Assembly: GCA_051251915.1 (NCBI GenBank)
Contig: JBPOGF010000021.1
Location: 1 to 64,000 of the forward strand
Source of the DNA: Akkermansiaceae bacterium
GTDB taxonomy: Bacteria; Verrucomicrobiota; Verrucomicrobiia; Verrucomicrobiales; Akkermansiaceae
DNA: 64,000 nt
Direction: 5' to 3'
This document shows, piece by piece, positions 19,929 through 30,219 of this stretch. The position numbers and the translations under genes are program-made. The notes beneath the pieces were generated by a model. The model was not told the origin of the DNA and ran no database searches. It saw nothing but the letters and a program-made list of their open reading frames with translations. Position 1 is the first letter of the stretch, and each line of letters starts with the position of its first letter.

Positions 19929-20583
19929 CAGTCAGGACATTAGTCAGTTCGCCGCCCCACCGGATAAGCAATGATTTCAGATTAGAACTCGGACGCTCAG
20001 AAATAATGATCGTGCCTAATGCCCCCTCAGTCTCCACCTCTATATGATCGATAATTTCTTTCCATTCCCATGTGTTCACCACTTCTTTCCCCTTGTATTT
20101 ATAAACAGCCCTGACCTTATTTTGCGGCCTAAATATCAACTTACCTGCGATGACTCCATCCTCTTTGAAAAGGTAATCCGTCTTAAACAGAAAATACTTG
20201 TTACCTAACAGACCTTTCCCAGAATCACCACTCGGCTTATCTTTATCAACCTTCGGCTTCACCACATTTGCTTCCCCTTTCTTTTCACGGAGCCTACTGA
20301 TCTCATTCATGATCAACGCCGCTTCAGCCACTTCACCAGAAGTCAGAACCCGCTCGATGACATTCTCCAGATCCTCAGCAGCACGCTCACGTTTAATCGC
20401 AATTTTCTCCTCAGTCTCAGCTCTCAACTCGCTCTCAAATACTTTCATTTTTTCAAGCAACTCCATCGATTTCCTCACCGCCTCCATGTCACCCTGAGCA
20501 TGAACCAATGATGAGCCTACAAATACTACCATGAGTATAAGAGAGTGAAATCTCAATAAGCTAACATTCCAGAATTTGAACAT
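19906..20583 (-). CDS. Secreted hypothetical protein, probable paralog of the neighbouring gene
   Basis: Signal peptide (VHAQG), similar coiled-coil and beta architecture. Confidence 0.65.
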   Translation of the reverse strand: MFKFWNVSLLRFHSLILMVVFVGSSLVHAQGDMEAVRKSMELLEKMKVFESELRAETEEKIAIKRERAAEDLENVIERVLTSGEVAEAALIMNEISRLREKKGEANVVKPKVDKDKPSGDSGKGLLGNKYFLFKTDYLFKEDGVIAGKLIFRPQNKVRAVYKYKGKEVVNTWEWKEIIDHIEVETEGALGTIIISERPSSNLKSLLIRWGGELTNVLTDANANTN

Positions 20584-20670
20584 GACAACACCCTGACCGC
20601 TATCCGATATTTTTCAAGTGACTTTTTTCTTTGCCAATTAGCAATTCATCGCTTTGATATACCTAGAACC

Positions 20671-21378
20671 ATGTCCCAAAGTAGCTCATCATTTCAACCC
20701 ACCCGCTGGACACTCGTCCAGCAAGTCAAAGGAAACGCCACCGATGCAACAGACGCCCTAAACGAACTCTGCACCATGTACTGGCGTCCACTCTACGCCT
20801 ACGCCCGCAGCTTCGGTAGATCCATGGAAGACTCAGAAGACGTAGTCCAAGGATTCATGGCTAAAGGCATCGAGAAAGCACTCTTCTCCGCAGCCCAGAA
20901 AGAAAAAGGCAAGATGCGCACCTTCCTGCTCACCGCATTCAAACGCTACCTCAGAGACGAGCACGCCAAAGAAGTCACCATCAAGCGAGGACAAGGCAAA
21001 GTCGAAACCACCGACATCGCCGCAGAAGAAGAACGCTGGGGAGACGAAAAAGCCATCGACCCCACAGTAAGCTTCGATAAACGCTGGGCACTCATCGTCG
21101 TTGAAGCCGCCGGCGAGCAACTCCGCCAGAAATACAAAGCCGAAGGAAACATCAAACTCTACAACGCACTCGTCCCCAGCCTCAGCGGAGAACTCACCAC
21201 CGGATACCAAGAAATAGCAGATGACCTCCACATCTCACTCTCCGCCGTAAAAGTAGGCGTCCACCGCATGCGCAAACGCTACGGAGAAATGCTCCGCGCA
21301 GAAATCATCGAAACCATCACCGAGAACGAAGACCCAGACGATGAACTCCGCTACCTCATCGCCATCCTCTCAGAATAA
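20671..21378 (+). CDS. ECF sigma-70 factor (PVC type, kinase-associated)
   Basis: FQPTRWTLV, YWRPLYAY, DSEDVVQG, region 4 AVKVGVHRMRKRY. Confidence 0.88.
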   Translation: MSQSSSSFQPTRWTLVQQVKGNATDATDALNELCTMYWRPLYAYARSFGRSMEDSEDVVQGFMAKGIEKALFSAAQKEKGKMRTFLLTAFKRYLRDEHAKEVTIKRGQGKVETTDIAAEEERWGDEKAIDPTVSFDKRWALIVVEAAGEQLRQKYKAEGNIKLYNALVPSLSGELTTGYQEIADDLHISLSAVKVGVHRMRKRYGEMLRAEIIETITENEDPDDELRYLIAILSE

Positions 21379-21389
21379 TTCCCAAACAG

Positions 21390-21421
21390 AAAAACTTACC
21401 TCCACTTCAAAAACTTACCTC
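21390..21421 (+). repeat. Tandem AAAAACTTACCTC x2 (19-bp period)
   Basis: Exact 13-mers at 21390-21402 and 21409-21421. Confidence 0.7.
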
Positions 21422-21441
21422 TGACTCACTTCTAACAAGAG

Positions 21442-23022
21442 ATGCCAAACACCAAAGCCAATCAGACCGCCGAAAAAGCCAAAAAAATGCTGGCTTGGGC
21501 ACTCACTGAGCGGCTAGATGCTCCCAGAGAAAACAAAACCATCGTCCTCCCCGGCTACGACATCAAGGAAACCCTCGGCAAAGGCGGCATGGGCACCGTC
21601 TACCGCGCCATCCAAACCGAACTCAACCGCACCGTAGCACTCAAAATCTTCTCCCCAAAAGCCTCTGATCGAGACCTCTTCATCGAACGACTTAAACGAG
21701 AAGGACAACTCATGGCGCAGCTAAAGCACCCCAACGTCCTCTCCATCTACGACGCCGCCGTCATGGAAGACGGCACACCCTACCTCGTCCTAGAATACAT
21801 CAAAGGCGAGGACCTACAACAAAAACTCCACAACGAATTCACCCTCAACCACCGCACCGCCGTCCGCATCGCCATCAAGGTCTGTGAAGCCCTCTCAGCC
21901 GTCCACCAACTCGGCATTATCCACCGTGACATCAAGCCCGCAAACGTCCTCCTCGGCACCAATGGCTCCGTAAAAGTCACCGACTTCGGCATCTCCAAGG
22001 ACATGCGTACCAAAGAGAAAAATACCTCGCTCACCATGACCGGAACCACCGTCGGCACCGCGGACTACATGTCACCAGAGCAAACCAGAAATGAAGAGCT
22101 CTCCCCCAGATCTGACCTCTACAGCGTAGGCGTCCTCCTCTACGAAATGCTCATGGGCGTCACCCCAAGAGGTAAATTCCCTCCCCTCAGCAAGGCCCGC
22201 ATCCCCAGCAAGCTAGAATACATCATCATGCGATGCCTCCAGCAAGACAAACACAAACGCCCCGCATCAGCCGAAACCCTCGCCCTCTCCCTCAGAAAAG
22301 TTTACCACCTCCTAAATCACCGCAAACACAAAAACTACAAATCACTCGCACTCTGCACCATCGCTGCCCTAGGCGCCATCACCCTAGTCACCTACGTCTC
22401 CACCAAGAAAAACCAGCCACACATCCCCGAGACACCCTCCATCTCCAAATGGAAACTCGACGGAAACATTGGCGAATGGACCCCCCTCACCCACAGCACA
22501 CCACTCGCCCAAGTCGGAGAATGGTGGACTGATGCAGACTCTGACACTAACACCAATATCGATGCCATCTACACCCAAGATCAACAACACGCCAAACGCT
22601 TCTTCAGCTTCTCAGCCGGCTACCACTACACATTCTCCACAGAGTTCAGCCGCATCTACGGCGATGGAAACATGTGCGTATTCCTCCCCACCATCAAAGG
22701 ACTAGTCGTCTTTGAACTAGACCACACAGACGCCCACCTCACCGGCTTCCATACTATCAACAACCAAGACCTATCCCAACAAAAATACCCCGCCAAACTC
22801 GCCATCGAAACCGGTGAAAACTACCTCCTAGAAATAACCGTCAACCACACCGAAATCTTCGCCTCCATCAACGGCGAACTCATCGCCACCCTCCCCCTCA
22901 AAGACAACGCCTTCAACACCCCCTCCCACTGGGGAGAACCTACCTCCATACCATTCAAAATCGGCATCGGCTCAAGCTGTCATTCAGCCTTCAAAAACAC
23001 CAAAGTTAAACGCGATAAATAA
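21442..23022 (+). CDS. Hanks-type Ser/Thr protein kinase with TM and extracytoplasmic beta domain
   Basis: LGKGGMGTVY, VALK, HRDIKPAN, DFG, YMSPEQ; TM near residue 305. Confidence 0.93.
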   Translation: MPNTKANQTAEKAKKMLAWALTERLDAPRENKTIVLPGYDIKETLGKGGMGTVYRAIQTELNRTVALKIFSPKASDRDLFIERLKREGQLMAQLKHPNVLSIYDAAVMEDGTPYLVLEYIKGEDLQQKLHNEFTLNHRTAVRIAIKVCEALSAVHQLGIIHRDIKPANVLLGTNGSVKVTDFGISKDMRTKEKNTSLTMTGTTVGTADYMSPEQTRNEELSPRSDLYSVGVLLYEMLMGVTPRGKFPPLSKARIPSKLEYIIMRCLQQDKHKRPASAETLALSLRKVYHLLNHRKHKNYKSLALCTIAALGAITLVTYVSTKKNQPHIPETPSISKWKLDGNIGEWTPLTHSTPLAQVGEWWTDADSDTNTNIDAIYTQDQQHAKRFFSFSAGYHYTFSTEFSRIYGDGNMCVFLPTIKGLVVFELDHTDAHLTGFHTINNQDLSQQKYPAKLAIETGENYLLEITVNHTEIFASINGELIATLPLKDNAFNTPSHWGEPTSIPFKIGIGSSCHSAFKNTKVKRDK

Positions 23023-23027
23023 CCACC

Positions 23028-23762
23028 ATGCAGAATGACGATTTCTTTCAAACCCACCAAGTGAGCAACGCCCTCGCAGGAATCTTCGATGACCTCCCCG
23101 GCTTCGTCTACTTCGTCAAAGACCTCGATAAACGCTACGTCGCCTACAATAAAAGACTAGTCGATATTTTTGACGTCGAAGACCCCACCAGCATCCTCGG
23201 CAAACGTGATGACGACTTCATGCCCCCCAACCTCTACAAAGAAATCCTAAAAGACGATATCCTAGTCCTCGAAACCGGAGAATCCATCCTCAACCGCGTC
23301 GAACTCGTCCCCCGTGGAAATGGATTTGTAGACTGGTCCACCACCACCAAAAAACCCCTCCAAGACCGCGATGGTAAAGTCTGCGGAATCGTCGGCGTCA
23401 CACGCCCATTCAGCCAAGGCACCACCTCTATGAGAAAAAACGAGGAACTAGGAGACGCGCTAGACACCATCCACGAGTCCTTCCGCGAAAACCTCCCCAT
23501 CAGTGAGCTCGCCGCAAGCGTCAACCTCTCACTTAGTTCATTTTTACGTAAATTCAAGACCTGCTTCAGTATGACACCCAAGGAATACATTCGCCACTTG
23601 CGTATCCAGGAAGCTTGCCATAAGATCGTTCAGACCACACAAAGCTTTGCTGAAATCAGCTACGAATGCGGCTTCGCAGACCAAAGCCATTTCTCCCGCG
23701 AATTCTCCAAAATCATGAAAGAACCACCATCATCCTACCGGTCACGATTCAGGATTAAATAA
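23028..23762 (+). CDS. AraC family regulator with N-terminal PAS domain
   Basis: YFVKD..RY PAS start; CGFADQSHFSREF HTH. Confidence 0.9.
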   Translation: MQNDDFFQTHQVSNALAGIFDDLPGFVYFVKDLDKRYVAYNKRLVDIFDVEDPTSILGKRDDDFMPPNLYKEILKDDILVLETGESILNRVELVPRGNGFVDWSTTTKKPLQDRDGKVCGIVGVTRPFSQGTTSMRKNEELGDALDTIHESFRENLPISELAASVNLSLSSFLRKFKTCFSMTPKEYIRHLRIQEACHKIVQTTQSFAEISYECGFADQSHFSREFSKIMKEPPSSYRSRFRIK

Positions 23763-23789
23763 ATAACCTAAAACACCAAACATCACCCT

Positions 23790-23827
23790 TTGACGATTTT
23801 ATTCAAAACATTGCCAAAATAATGCAA
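23790..23827 (+). promoter_or_regulatory. Putative AraC operator: TTG-N11-CAA direct repeats at 21-bp period
   Basis: TTGACGATTTTATTCAA (23790) and TTGCCAAAATAATGCAA (23811), between araC and the operon. Confidence 0.5.
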
Positions 23828-23877
23828 GACCAAACCAGCGGCTATCGCTACATTATTATCAACAATACAAACAACCT

Positions 23878-24735
23878 ATGATTACTAAACGCATCTCAAC
23901 AGAAACAATTCTCGCAAATCTCAAACACAAAGTCGACAACCGCCTACCAATCATGATCTCATCCGCTGGATCAGGTCTCGTAGCTAAGCTCCAAGAGCAA
24001 GCAGGCACAGACTGCATCAACACATTCTCAGGTGCCCGCCTCCGCGCAAACGGAATGGGAACCATGTCCATGATGTGGCCTATCCTTGACTCTAATAAGC
24101 AGACACTCGACTACACACGTGAAGACATCATGCCTGCACTCAACGGCAAATCATTCGTCTGCGCATGCCTCAACGCCAACGACCCACTCAAAGACATGCA
24201 CATGGTTCTCCAGCAATGCAAGGACATGGGAGTTCAAGCCGTTTCTAACATCGGACCATCTATCTCATACGTCGATAAAGACTCAGAAATCTTCAAAGTA
24301 ATGTCATCAGCAGGCATCACACTCGACAACGAAATCGAAATGCTCAAATACGCTCGTGAAGAAATGGACATGGTCTCAGTTGGCCTCGGCTTCACACTAG
24401 AAGACTCCATCCGCATCTGTGGAGAAGCTAAACCACACATCTTCTGCTTCCACGCAGGAACCACCCAAGGTGGACTCAAAGGATACCAAGGTGGCATGAC
24501 ACTCGACGAAACAGCAGCAATTACAGAAGAAGCATACGCTAAATGCCGCGAAGTGCACCCAGACGTCATCCTAGTAGCACACGGTGCCGCTCTCGAAAAA
24601 CCAGCTGATGCTCAATACATCCTAGACAACACCACCGGCCACGGCTTCTGGACAGGATCATCCACCGAGCGTCTACCTATCGAAGTTGCTGTCTCAAAAG
24701 CAGCCAAAGACTTCGCTGACCTACGTTTCTCATAA
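23878..24735 (+). CDS. TIM-barrel signal transduction / PEP-hydrolase-like family protein
   Basis: AGSGLVAK, ANDP, HAGTTQGG, GSSTERLP; adjacent to UPF0261. Confidence 0.8.
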   Translation: MITKRISTETILANLKHKVDNRLPIMISSAGSGLVAKLQEQAGTDCINTFSGARLRANGMGTMSMMWPILDSNKQTLDYTREDIMPALNGKSFVCACLNANDPLKDMHMVLQQCKDMGVQAVSNIGPSISYVDKDSEIFKVMSSAGITLDNEIEMLKYAREEMDMVSVGLGFTLEDSIRICGEAKPHIFCFHAGTTQGGLKGYQGGMTLDETAAITEEAYAKCREVHPDVILVAHGAALEKPADAQYILDNTTGHGFWTGSSTERLPIEVAVSKAAKDFADLRFS

Positions 24736-24769
24736 TCAAATCCCTACAACCCACTAACCCTATCACACC

Positions 24770-25993
24770 ATGTCAAAAACAATTGCCATACTAGCAACGC
24801 TAGACACCAAGGCTGCAGAAGCCAACTTGATGCGCGAAGAAATCGAGTCACTCGGCGGAAAAGCGCTGATCATTGATATCGGTGTGGTCGGGAAGCCGGG
24901 AATCGAAGCAGACATCTCTCGCTCAGAAGTCATTGCCACCGGCGGCGGCAACCTAGACGAACTTCTACTCAAACCCAGCCGTGAGAAATCTGGCCCATAC
25001 GTCACAGAAGGAGCCAAGAAAACACTCATCGAACTCATCGGCAAAGACGCCATCCACGGCGTAGTAACACTCGGCGGAACTCAAGGCACATCAACCTGCG
25101 CCCCAGTCCTCCAAGCCCTACCCTACGGCTTCCCTAAAGTCATGCTCTCCACCGCAGCATCCGGAGACGTCGGCCCATTCGTAGGCATCAAGGACATCAC
25201 CATGATGTTCGCCGTCTCAGACATACTCGGACTCAACGTGTTCTCTCGTAAAATCATCGCCAACGCAGCAGCAGCAGCATACGGCATGTCACTCGTAGAG
25301 CGCAGCATCACCAAATCAGAAGCTAAAGGAGTCATCGGAATGACCAACCTCGGCGTCCTCACAAAAGGAGCCATGCACGCCATCGAACTCTTCGAGAAGT
25401 CAGGCTACGAGGTCATCACCTTCCACGCCATCGGAGCAGGCGGTGAAGCCATGGAACAAATGATGAAAGAAGGAATCATCACCGCAGTATTCGACTACGG
25501 CCTCGGCGAAATCGCAGACGCCACATTCAATGCCCTCCGCGCATCAGGCCCAGAACGCCTCACAGTCGCCGGTAAACTAGGCTTACCACAAGTCATCTGC
25601 CCAGGAGGATCAGAGCACCTCGGACTCCTCGTCCAGGAGCCAAGCAAAATCCCCGCCGGCTACGAAGACCACATGGTCACCTGGCACACTCCATACGTTT
25701 TCGTCCCACGTCCTAACGCAGAAGAACAAGACCAAATCGCCCAGAACATCGGCCAACGTCTCAAGCACTCTACCAAAGACACCGTCTTCCTCATGCCTCT
25801 CAAAGGCGTCTCCAGCTACTCAGCAGAAGGCGGAGAACTCTACAACCCAGAGCTCGATGCCGCCTACTGGGAATCACTCCAAAAGCACCTACCTGACACC
25901 ATCAAAGTAGAAGCTCTAGACTACACAGCAGAAGACCCAGCCTTCGTAGAACACGCTGTCAAAACCCTCATCAACATGATCGAAAATAACTAA
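24770..25993 (+). CDS. Tm-1-like ATP-binding protein (UPF0261)
   Basis: ATLDTKAAE, GGTQGT, LPYGFPKVMLST, FHAIGAGG. Confidence 0.88.
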   Translation: MSKTIAILATLDTKAAEANLMREEIESLGGKALIIDIGVVGKPGIEADISRSEVIATGGGNLDELLLKPSREKSGPYVTEGAKKTLIELIGKDAIHGVVTLGGTQGTSTCAPVLQALPYGFPKVMLSTAASGDVGPFVGIKDITMMFAVSDILGLNVFSRKIIANAAAAAYGMSLVERSITKSEAKGVIGMTNLGVLTKGAMHAIELFEKSGYEVITFHAIGAGGEAMEQMMKEGIITAVFDYGLGEIADATFNALRASGPERLTVAGKLGLPQVICPGGSEHLGLLVQEPSKIPAGYEDHMVTWHTPYVFVPRPNAEEQDQIAQNIGQRLKHSTKDTVFLMPLKGVSSYSAEGGELYNPELDAAYWESLQKHLPDTIKVEALDYTAEDPAFVEHAVKTLINMIENN

Positions 25994-26000
25994 CAAACTC

Positions 26001-26684
26001 ATGTCCAAACAAGCACTCATCTCAAAATTAAAAACTGGCACTCCCCAGCTCAGCATCGGCACCCTCACAGGAAGCATGATGAACCAAGGACAGGAAATCT
26101 CCATCCTTGAGAACGCAGGAGTTAATCTCCTTCATCTCGACGTCATGGACGGTCACGCCTGGCCAAAGATCACCGTAGGCGCACCCTTCCTAGCTGGCCT
26201 TAAGACAGACCTCATCAAGGACGTCCACCTGCTCGTAAGCAACCCAGAAAACCACATCGCTGACTTCATCGGCGCAGGCGCTAACATCATCACCATCCAC
26301 CCAGAGCACACAGACAACCTAGAAAAAGCTCTAGACGCCCTGAACTCCACAGACGCACTTAGCAGCGTGGGCATTTACCCATCCACACCGCTAGAAGAGA
26401 TCACACCATACCTCGATAAAATCGATGTCGTATTCGTGCTCGCCATCGGCCCAGACACTGGTAAAGAAACATTCTTCGACCTCGTCACAGAACGCGTTAA
26501 CAAACTCCGCATGCTCAAGCCAGGCCTAGTCATCGCCATCGATGGAGCAGTCAAAAAGAACAACATCGCAGACATCGCTAAAATCAAGCCAGACCTCATC
26601 GTCACCGGCAGCGCAGTCTTCGACGGCAACGACGCCGCAGCCAACATCACCGAAATGAACGCCTCAATCAGCAGCGTTTCTTAA
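26001..26684 (+). CDS. lsrE: Ribulose-phosphate 3-epimerase family protein, LsrE-like
   Basis: LSIGTLTG, LHLDVMDG, IKDVHL, IDGA, VTGSAVF; lies near lsrF. Confidence 0.7.
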   Translation: MSKQALISKLKTGTPQLSIGTLTGSMMNQGQEISILENAGVNLLHLDVMDGHAWPKITVGAPFLAGLKTDLIKDVHLLVSNPENHIADFIGAGANIITIHPEHTDNLEKALDALNSTDALSSVGIYPSTPLEEITPYLDKIDVVFVLAIGPDTGKETFFDLVTERVNKLRMLKPGLVIAIDGAVKKNNIADIAKIKPDLIVTGSAVFDGNDAAANITEMNASISSVS

Positions 26685-26726
26685 ATTTTCAAACCCAAAC
26701 TAACAAACACTAAACCAACTAAATTT

Positions 26727-27608
26727 ATGTCAAACCAACTCACAACCGTAACCAACATTCTCCAGCAAGCCAAAGACGCTGCCGGCGCAGGTGCTGACGC
26801 ACTCGCCATCGCTAAAGCCCGTAAAGCATTCCAGCCTGAGCTAGATGAAGCAAAGCCACACCTCGGCAAAGTAGCCATCGTCACAGGAGCATGCGGCGGC
26901 ATCGGCAGAGCCACAGCAGAGCGTCTACACGCAGACGGCGCAGTCGTAGTAGGAATGGACATCAATCCAGACATCACTAAGAATCTCAGCGGCGAAGGCA
27001 TCAGCGGAGTAGTCTGCGACATCACAAACAACGAAAAATTCGAAGAAGCAGTAAACGCAGTAGCAGCAGAATACGGCGGCATCGACATCATCGTTGCAAA
27101 CGCAGGTATCTTCAAAGCAGGTGAATACATAGAAGAGCTAGACAAGAGCTGGGACCTCCACCTCCTCATCAACCTCACAGCAACTCAGAGATTCCTCAAG
27201 TTCTCTATCCCATACATCAAGCACGGCTTCTCACCATCCATCCTCATCATCGGATCACGTAACTTCAGCGCACCTGGACCAGGAGCTGCTGCTTACTCAG
27301 TCACCAAGGCTGGCGTTACTCAGCTCGCACGTGTAGCTGCTCTTGAGCTCGCCGCAGACGGAGTCCGCGTAAACACCATTCACCCAGACGCAGTATTTGA
27401 CACCGAGATCTGGACAGAAGAAGCACTTCAGAAGTCAGCCACTCGTTACGGCATGACAGTTCAAGAATACAAGACCAAGAACCTACTCCGCACAGAGATC
27501 AAATCCACTGACATCGCTCGCATGGTCAGCTGTGTAGCCGGACCAGTATTCTGCGCTACTACAGGATCACAAATTCCTATCGACGGCGGAAACGACCGTG
27601 TGATATAA
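26727..27608 (+). CDS. SDR oxidoreductase resembling the dehydrogenase domain of bifunctional rhamnulose-P aldolase/SDR
   Basis: TGACGGIG, NAG, YSVTK, HPDAV, DGGN. Confidence 0.85.
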   Translation: MSNQLTTVTNILQQAKDAAGAGADALAIAKARKAFQPELDEAKPHLGKVAIVTGACGGIGRATAERLHADGAVVVGMDINPDITKNLSGEGISGVVCDITNNEKFEEAVNAVAAEYGGIDIIVANAGIFKAGEYIEELDKSWDLHLLINLTATQRFLKFSIPYIKHGFSPSILIIGSRNFSAPGPGAAAYSVTKAGVTQLARVAALELAADGVRVNTIHPDAVFDTEIWTEEALQKSATRYGMTVQEYKTKNLLRTEIKSTDIARMVSCVAGPVFCATTGSQIPIDGGNDRVI

Positions 27609-27666
27609 TATTTTCTAACGAAAAAACAACCAAACTAACTAACTAAACAACAAACAAACTACCATT

Positions 27667-28533
27667 ATGGCAGACTTAGACGACATCAGAGACGGAGATA
27701 ACTTCGGCCTCAACACACCAGCAGACACAAGCTCATTCTACCTCAAGGGACTCAAGAACCAATCATGGGGAATCAAGAACCGCATGTCACGCATCTTCAA
27801 CAAGCAGTCAGGACGCACAGTCATGCTCGCATTTGACCACGGCTTCCTCATGGGACCTACATCAGGTCTTGAGCGCATCGACCTCAACATCGCACCACTC
27901 GCAGAAGAGGCAGACTGCCTCATGGGTTGCCGCGGAATGATCCGTTCATCTATCCCACCTGAGAACAGTAAGCCACTCTGCCTTCGTACAGACACAGGTA
28001 CTACGATCCTCACAGAAATGAACAACAATGTTCTCATCTCTGAAGAAGACGCTATCCGTCTCAACGTATCATGCATGGCAGCAATGCTTGCAGTAGGTGA
28101 CGCAGACACAGAAGCCATCACCATCGCTAACTTCAGCCGCCTCGTAGACATCGGCCAAAAGTATGACATCCCAGTAATGGGTGTTACAGCAGTAGGTAAG
28201 GCAATGGCTCGTGACGCTCGTTACTTCGGCCTTGCTTCACGTGTATGTGCCGAGAACGGCGCAAGCATCGTTAAGACATACTACACAGAAGGATTTGAAA
28301 ACGTAGTCGCAGCTTGCCCAGTGCCAATCGTTATCGCAGGCGGCAAGAAGCTTCCTGAGATCGAAGCTCTTGAACTCTGCTACAAAGCAATCAACGCAGG
28401 TGCATCCGGCGTAGACATGGGACGTAACGTATTCCAATCAGAGAAGCCACTCGCCATGATGAAAGCTGTTAAAGCAGTCGTTCATGACGGCCTCAAGCCA
28501 TCTGACGCGATCCAGATCTACAACGATCTATAG
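27667..28533 (+). CDS. lsrF: 3-hydroxy-5-phosphonooxypentane-2,4-dione thiolase LsrF
   Basis: MADLDDI..G..FG, MLAFDHG..GPTSGLERID, KTYY, IAGGKK, GVDMGRN. Confidence 0.92.
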   Translation: MADLDDIRDGDNFGLNTPADTSSFYLKGLKNQSWGIKNRMSRIFNKQSGRTVMLAFDHGFLMGPTSGLERIDLNIAPLAEEADCLMGCRGMIRSSIPPENSKPLCLRTDTGTTILTEMNNNVLISEEDAIRLNVSCMAAMLAVGDADTEAITIANFSRLVDIGQKYDIPVMGVTAVGKAMARDARYFGLASRVCAENGASIVKTYYTEGFENVVAACPVPIVIAGGKKLPEIEALELCYKAINAGASGVDMGRNVFQSEKPLAMMKAVKAVVHDGLKPSDAIQIYNDL

Positions 28534-28557
28534 GTCCCTGCATCAAACAAATATCTC

Positions 28558-28589
28558 AAAAGGGAGCCTCATCGGAGGCTCCCTTTTTT
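28558..28589. terminator. Bidirectional rho-independent terminator
   Basis: AAAAGGGAGCCTC-ATCG-GAGGCTCCCTTTTTT between convergent genes. Confidence 0.9.
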
Positions 28590-28593
28590 GTCA

Positions 28594-29562
28594 TCACTCC
28601 TTTGTCCAAATCCGCGTATTCAAATTTAAATCCTCCACAATGTTTAGAAAATAAACAACCTGCTGAGCAACCCGGTCCACCTGCTCAACAGAAAGCACAC
28701 TCTGATGAATCGATGTCTCGAAGAAATTAGTGGTTTTCGGAATCGTGATGTACACAGATTCATTCTGAAACGAAACAATGACCTCACTCCCATGAGACCG
28801 CTTCAGCTTTAACAAGCGTTCCTGCATATCTGGAGTAAGCAAATACCGACACTGCTGGTCATCCCCTGTATTCACTTTAAAATTCTCTTCAAACTCAGGA
28901 CTCTCCATACGAATATGTGAGGAACTAAACTTCTGCAACTTGTTACCAATCCACCCAAATAACCCCGCCTCACTATCCGGCCTTATCGTCACCCACGTAT
29001 TGAAGTTTTTGTGAAAGTCCGCAGCAAATAACACCCCCTTGAACAGCGTATGCCAACGCGTCTTAGTGTGACCATTTGAGTTCCTATGCCTAGTTTTATA
29101 CTCAGCATGAATCTCAGCAAAATAGAGATTCGTAGCGCCTAACTGCCCCTGAAAATAATCCTCAGACGCATAACGATCAATACTCCTTGAATAATGCCCT
29201 ATCTTATTGAAATGCTGCTTACTGATCCCCTCATACGGCGCATAACTGAGCGTGGGCTCTATCGTGCTAGCAATACTACGAATAACTTCCTGTTTAAATA
29301 AATAGCGAAATTGACTCAACTCTCTACCCACCTGGTGTTGATATAAATAATAACTACCAAAGAGCCCCAACCCGAGAAAAATAAAACCAGCTATTGGCGC
29401 CACTGACTGCATCAAAAATAACGCAATAACTACCACTCCTACCCCCATCAACCCACAGTTCAACAACGCCTTCTTCCGCTTCACCAGAATCTCACGTCGC
29501 TTCTTTTCCAGAGCATCTAGTTTAGGGAGAAGACTTTCGTATAGTTGATTAGAGTCGTACAT
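28594..29562 (-). CDS. DUF3137-like membrane-anchored protein (LemA partner)
   Basis: Two N-terminal TMs, LFKGVLF..F.K.F, ESPEFE..F.V, RYLLTP. Confidence 0.8.
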   Translation of the reverse strand: MYDSNQLYESLLPKLDALEKKRREILVKRKKALLNCGLMGVGVVVIALFLMQSVAPIAGFIFLGLGLFGSYYLYQHQVGRELSQFRYLFKQEVIRSIASTIEPTLSYAPYEGISKQHFNKIGHYSRSIDRYASEDYFQGQLGATNLYFAEIHAEYKTRHRNSNGHTKTRWHTLFKGVLFAADFHKNFNTWVTIRPDSEAGLFGWIGNKLQKFSSSHIRMESPEFEENFKVNTGDDQQCRYLLTPDMQERLLKLKRSHGSEVIVSFQNESVYITIPKTTNFFETSIHQSVLSVEQVDRVAQQVVYFLNIVEDLNLNTRIWTKE

Positions 29563-30112
29563 TTTCGCGTTCTGTTAGATCAATTGAAAAGTAATCAGCC
29601 AGCCTGAACTCATGCCTACTAGCGATGATGTTAGAGGGAAATGACTCAATCGCATTATTATAGCGAACCACATAAGCATTATAACTCCTACGAGAAGCCG
29701 CCACCTGCGCCTCTATTTCTGCCAGATTACGCTGTAGCATCATAAACTGTTCACTCGCCTTTAATTCCGGATAAGATTCGGCCAGCGCCACCACTTGTGA
29801 GCAATGCTGGGTAAGAACTTGCTCCTTATTAATACGCTGATGGCTCAACGTCGAGGGAGATGATGACGACTGAGCGCGTGCCCGAGCATCAATTAACTTC
29901 TCTAACAAAGCCGATTCATGAACTGCATACCCCTTCACTATGTTCACCAACTGAGGAACCAAATCCCAACGCTTTTTAAGCTGCACATCTATCCCACTGA
30001 ACGCGCGCCTAATTTGATTCCTCCCATTCACAAGAGAATTATAAACTACCAACCAATACAGCAGTAGAACAACAATCACGATAGCGATGATAAATACAAG
30101 ATCCCCAGACAT
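29549..30112 (-). CDS. lemA: LemA family protein
   Basis: YNSLV, IDVQLKKRWDLVP, AESYPELKA, FPSNIIA. Confidence 0.92.
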   Translation of the reverse strand: MSGDLVFIIAIVIVVLLLYWLVVYNSLVNGRNQIRRAFSGIDVQLKKRWDLVPQLVNIVKGYAVHESALLEKLIDARARAQSSSSPSTLSHQRINKEQVLTQHCSQVVALAESYPELKASEQFMMLQRNLAEIEAQVAASRRSYNAYVVRYNNAIESFPSNIIASRHEFRLADYFSIDLTERENVRL

Positions 30113-30219
30113 TACATACTCTTTATGTCAAAAAATACCCACCCACGCGATTATAAAAATCAATCCACATTCCCCTGACCTCAAAGTTTGAATTTAATAT
30201 TTAACGTTGACTGTACTAT

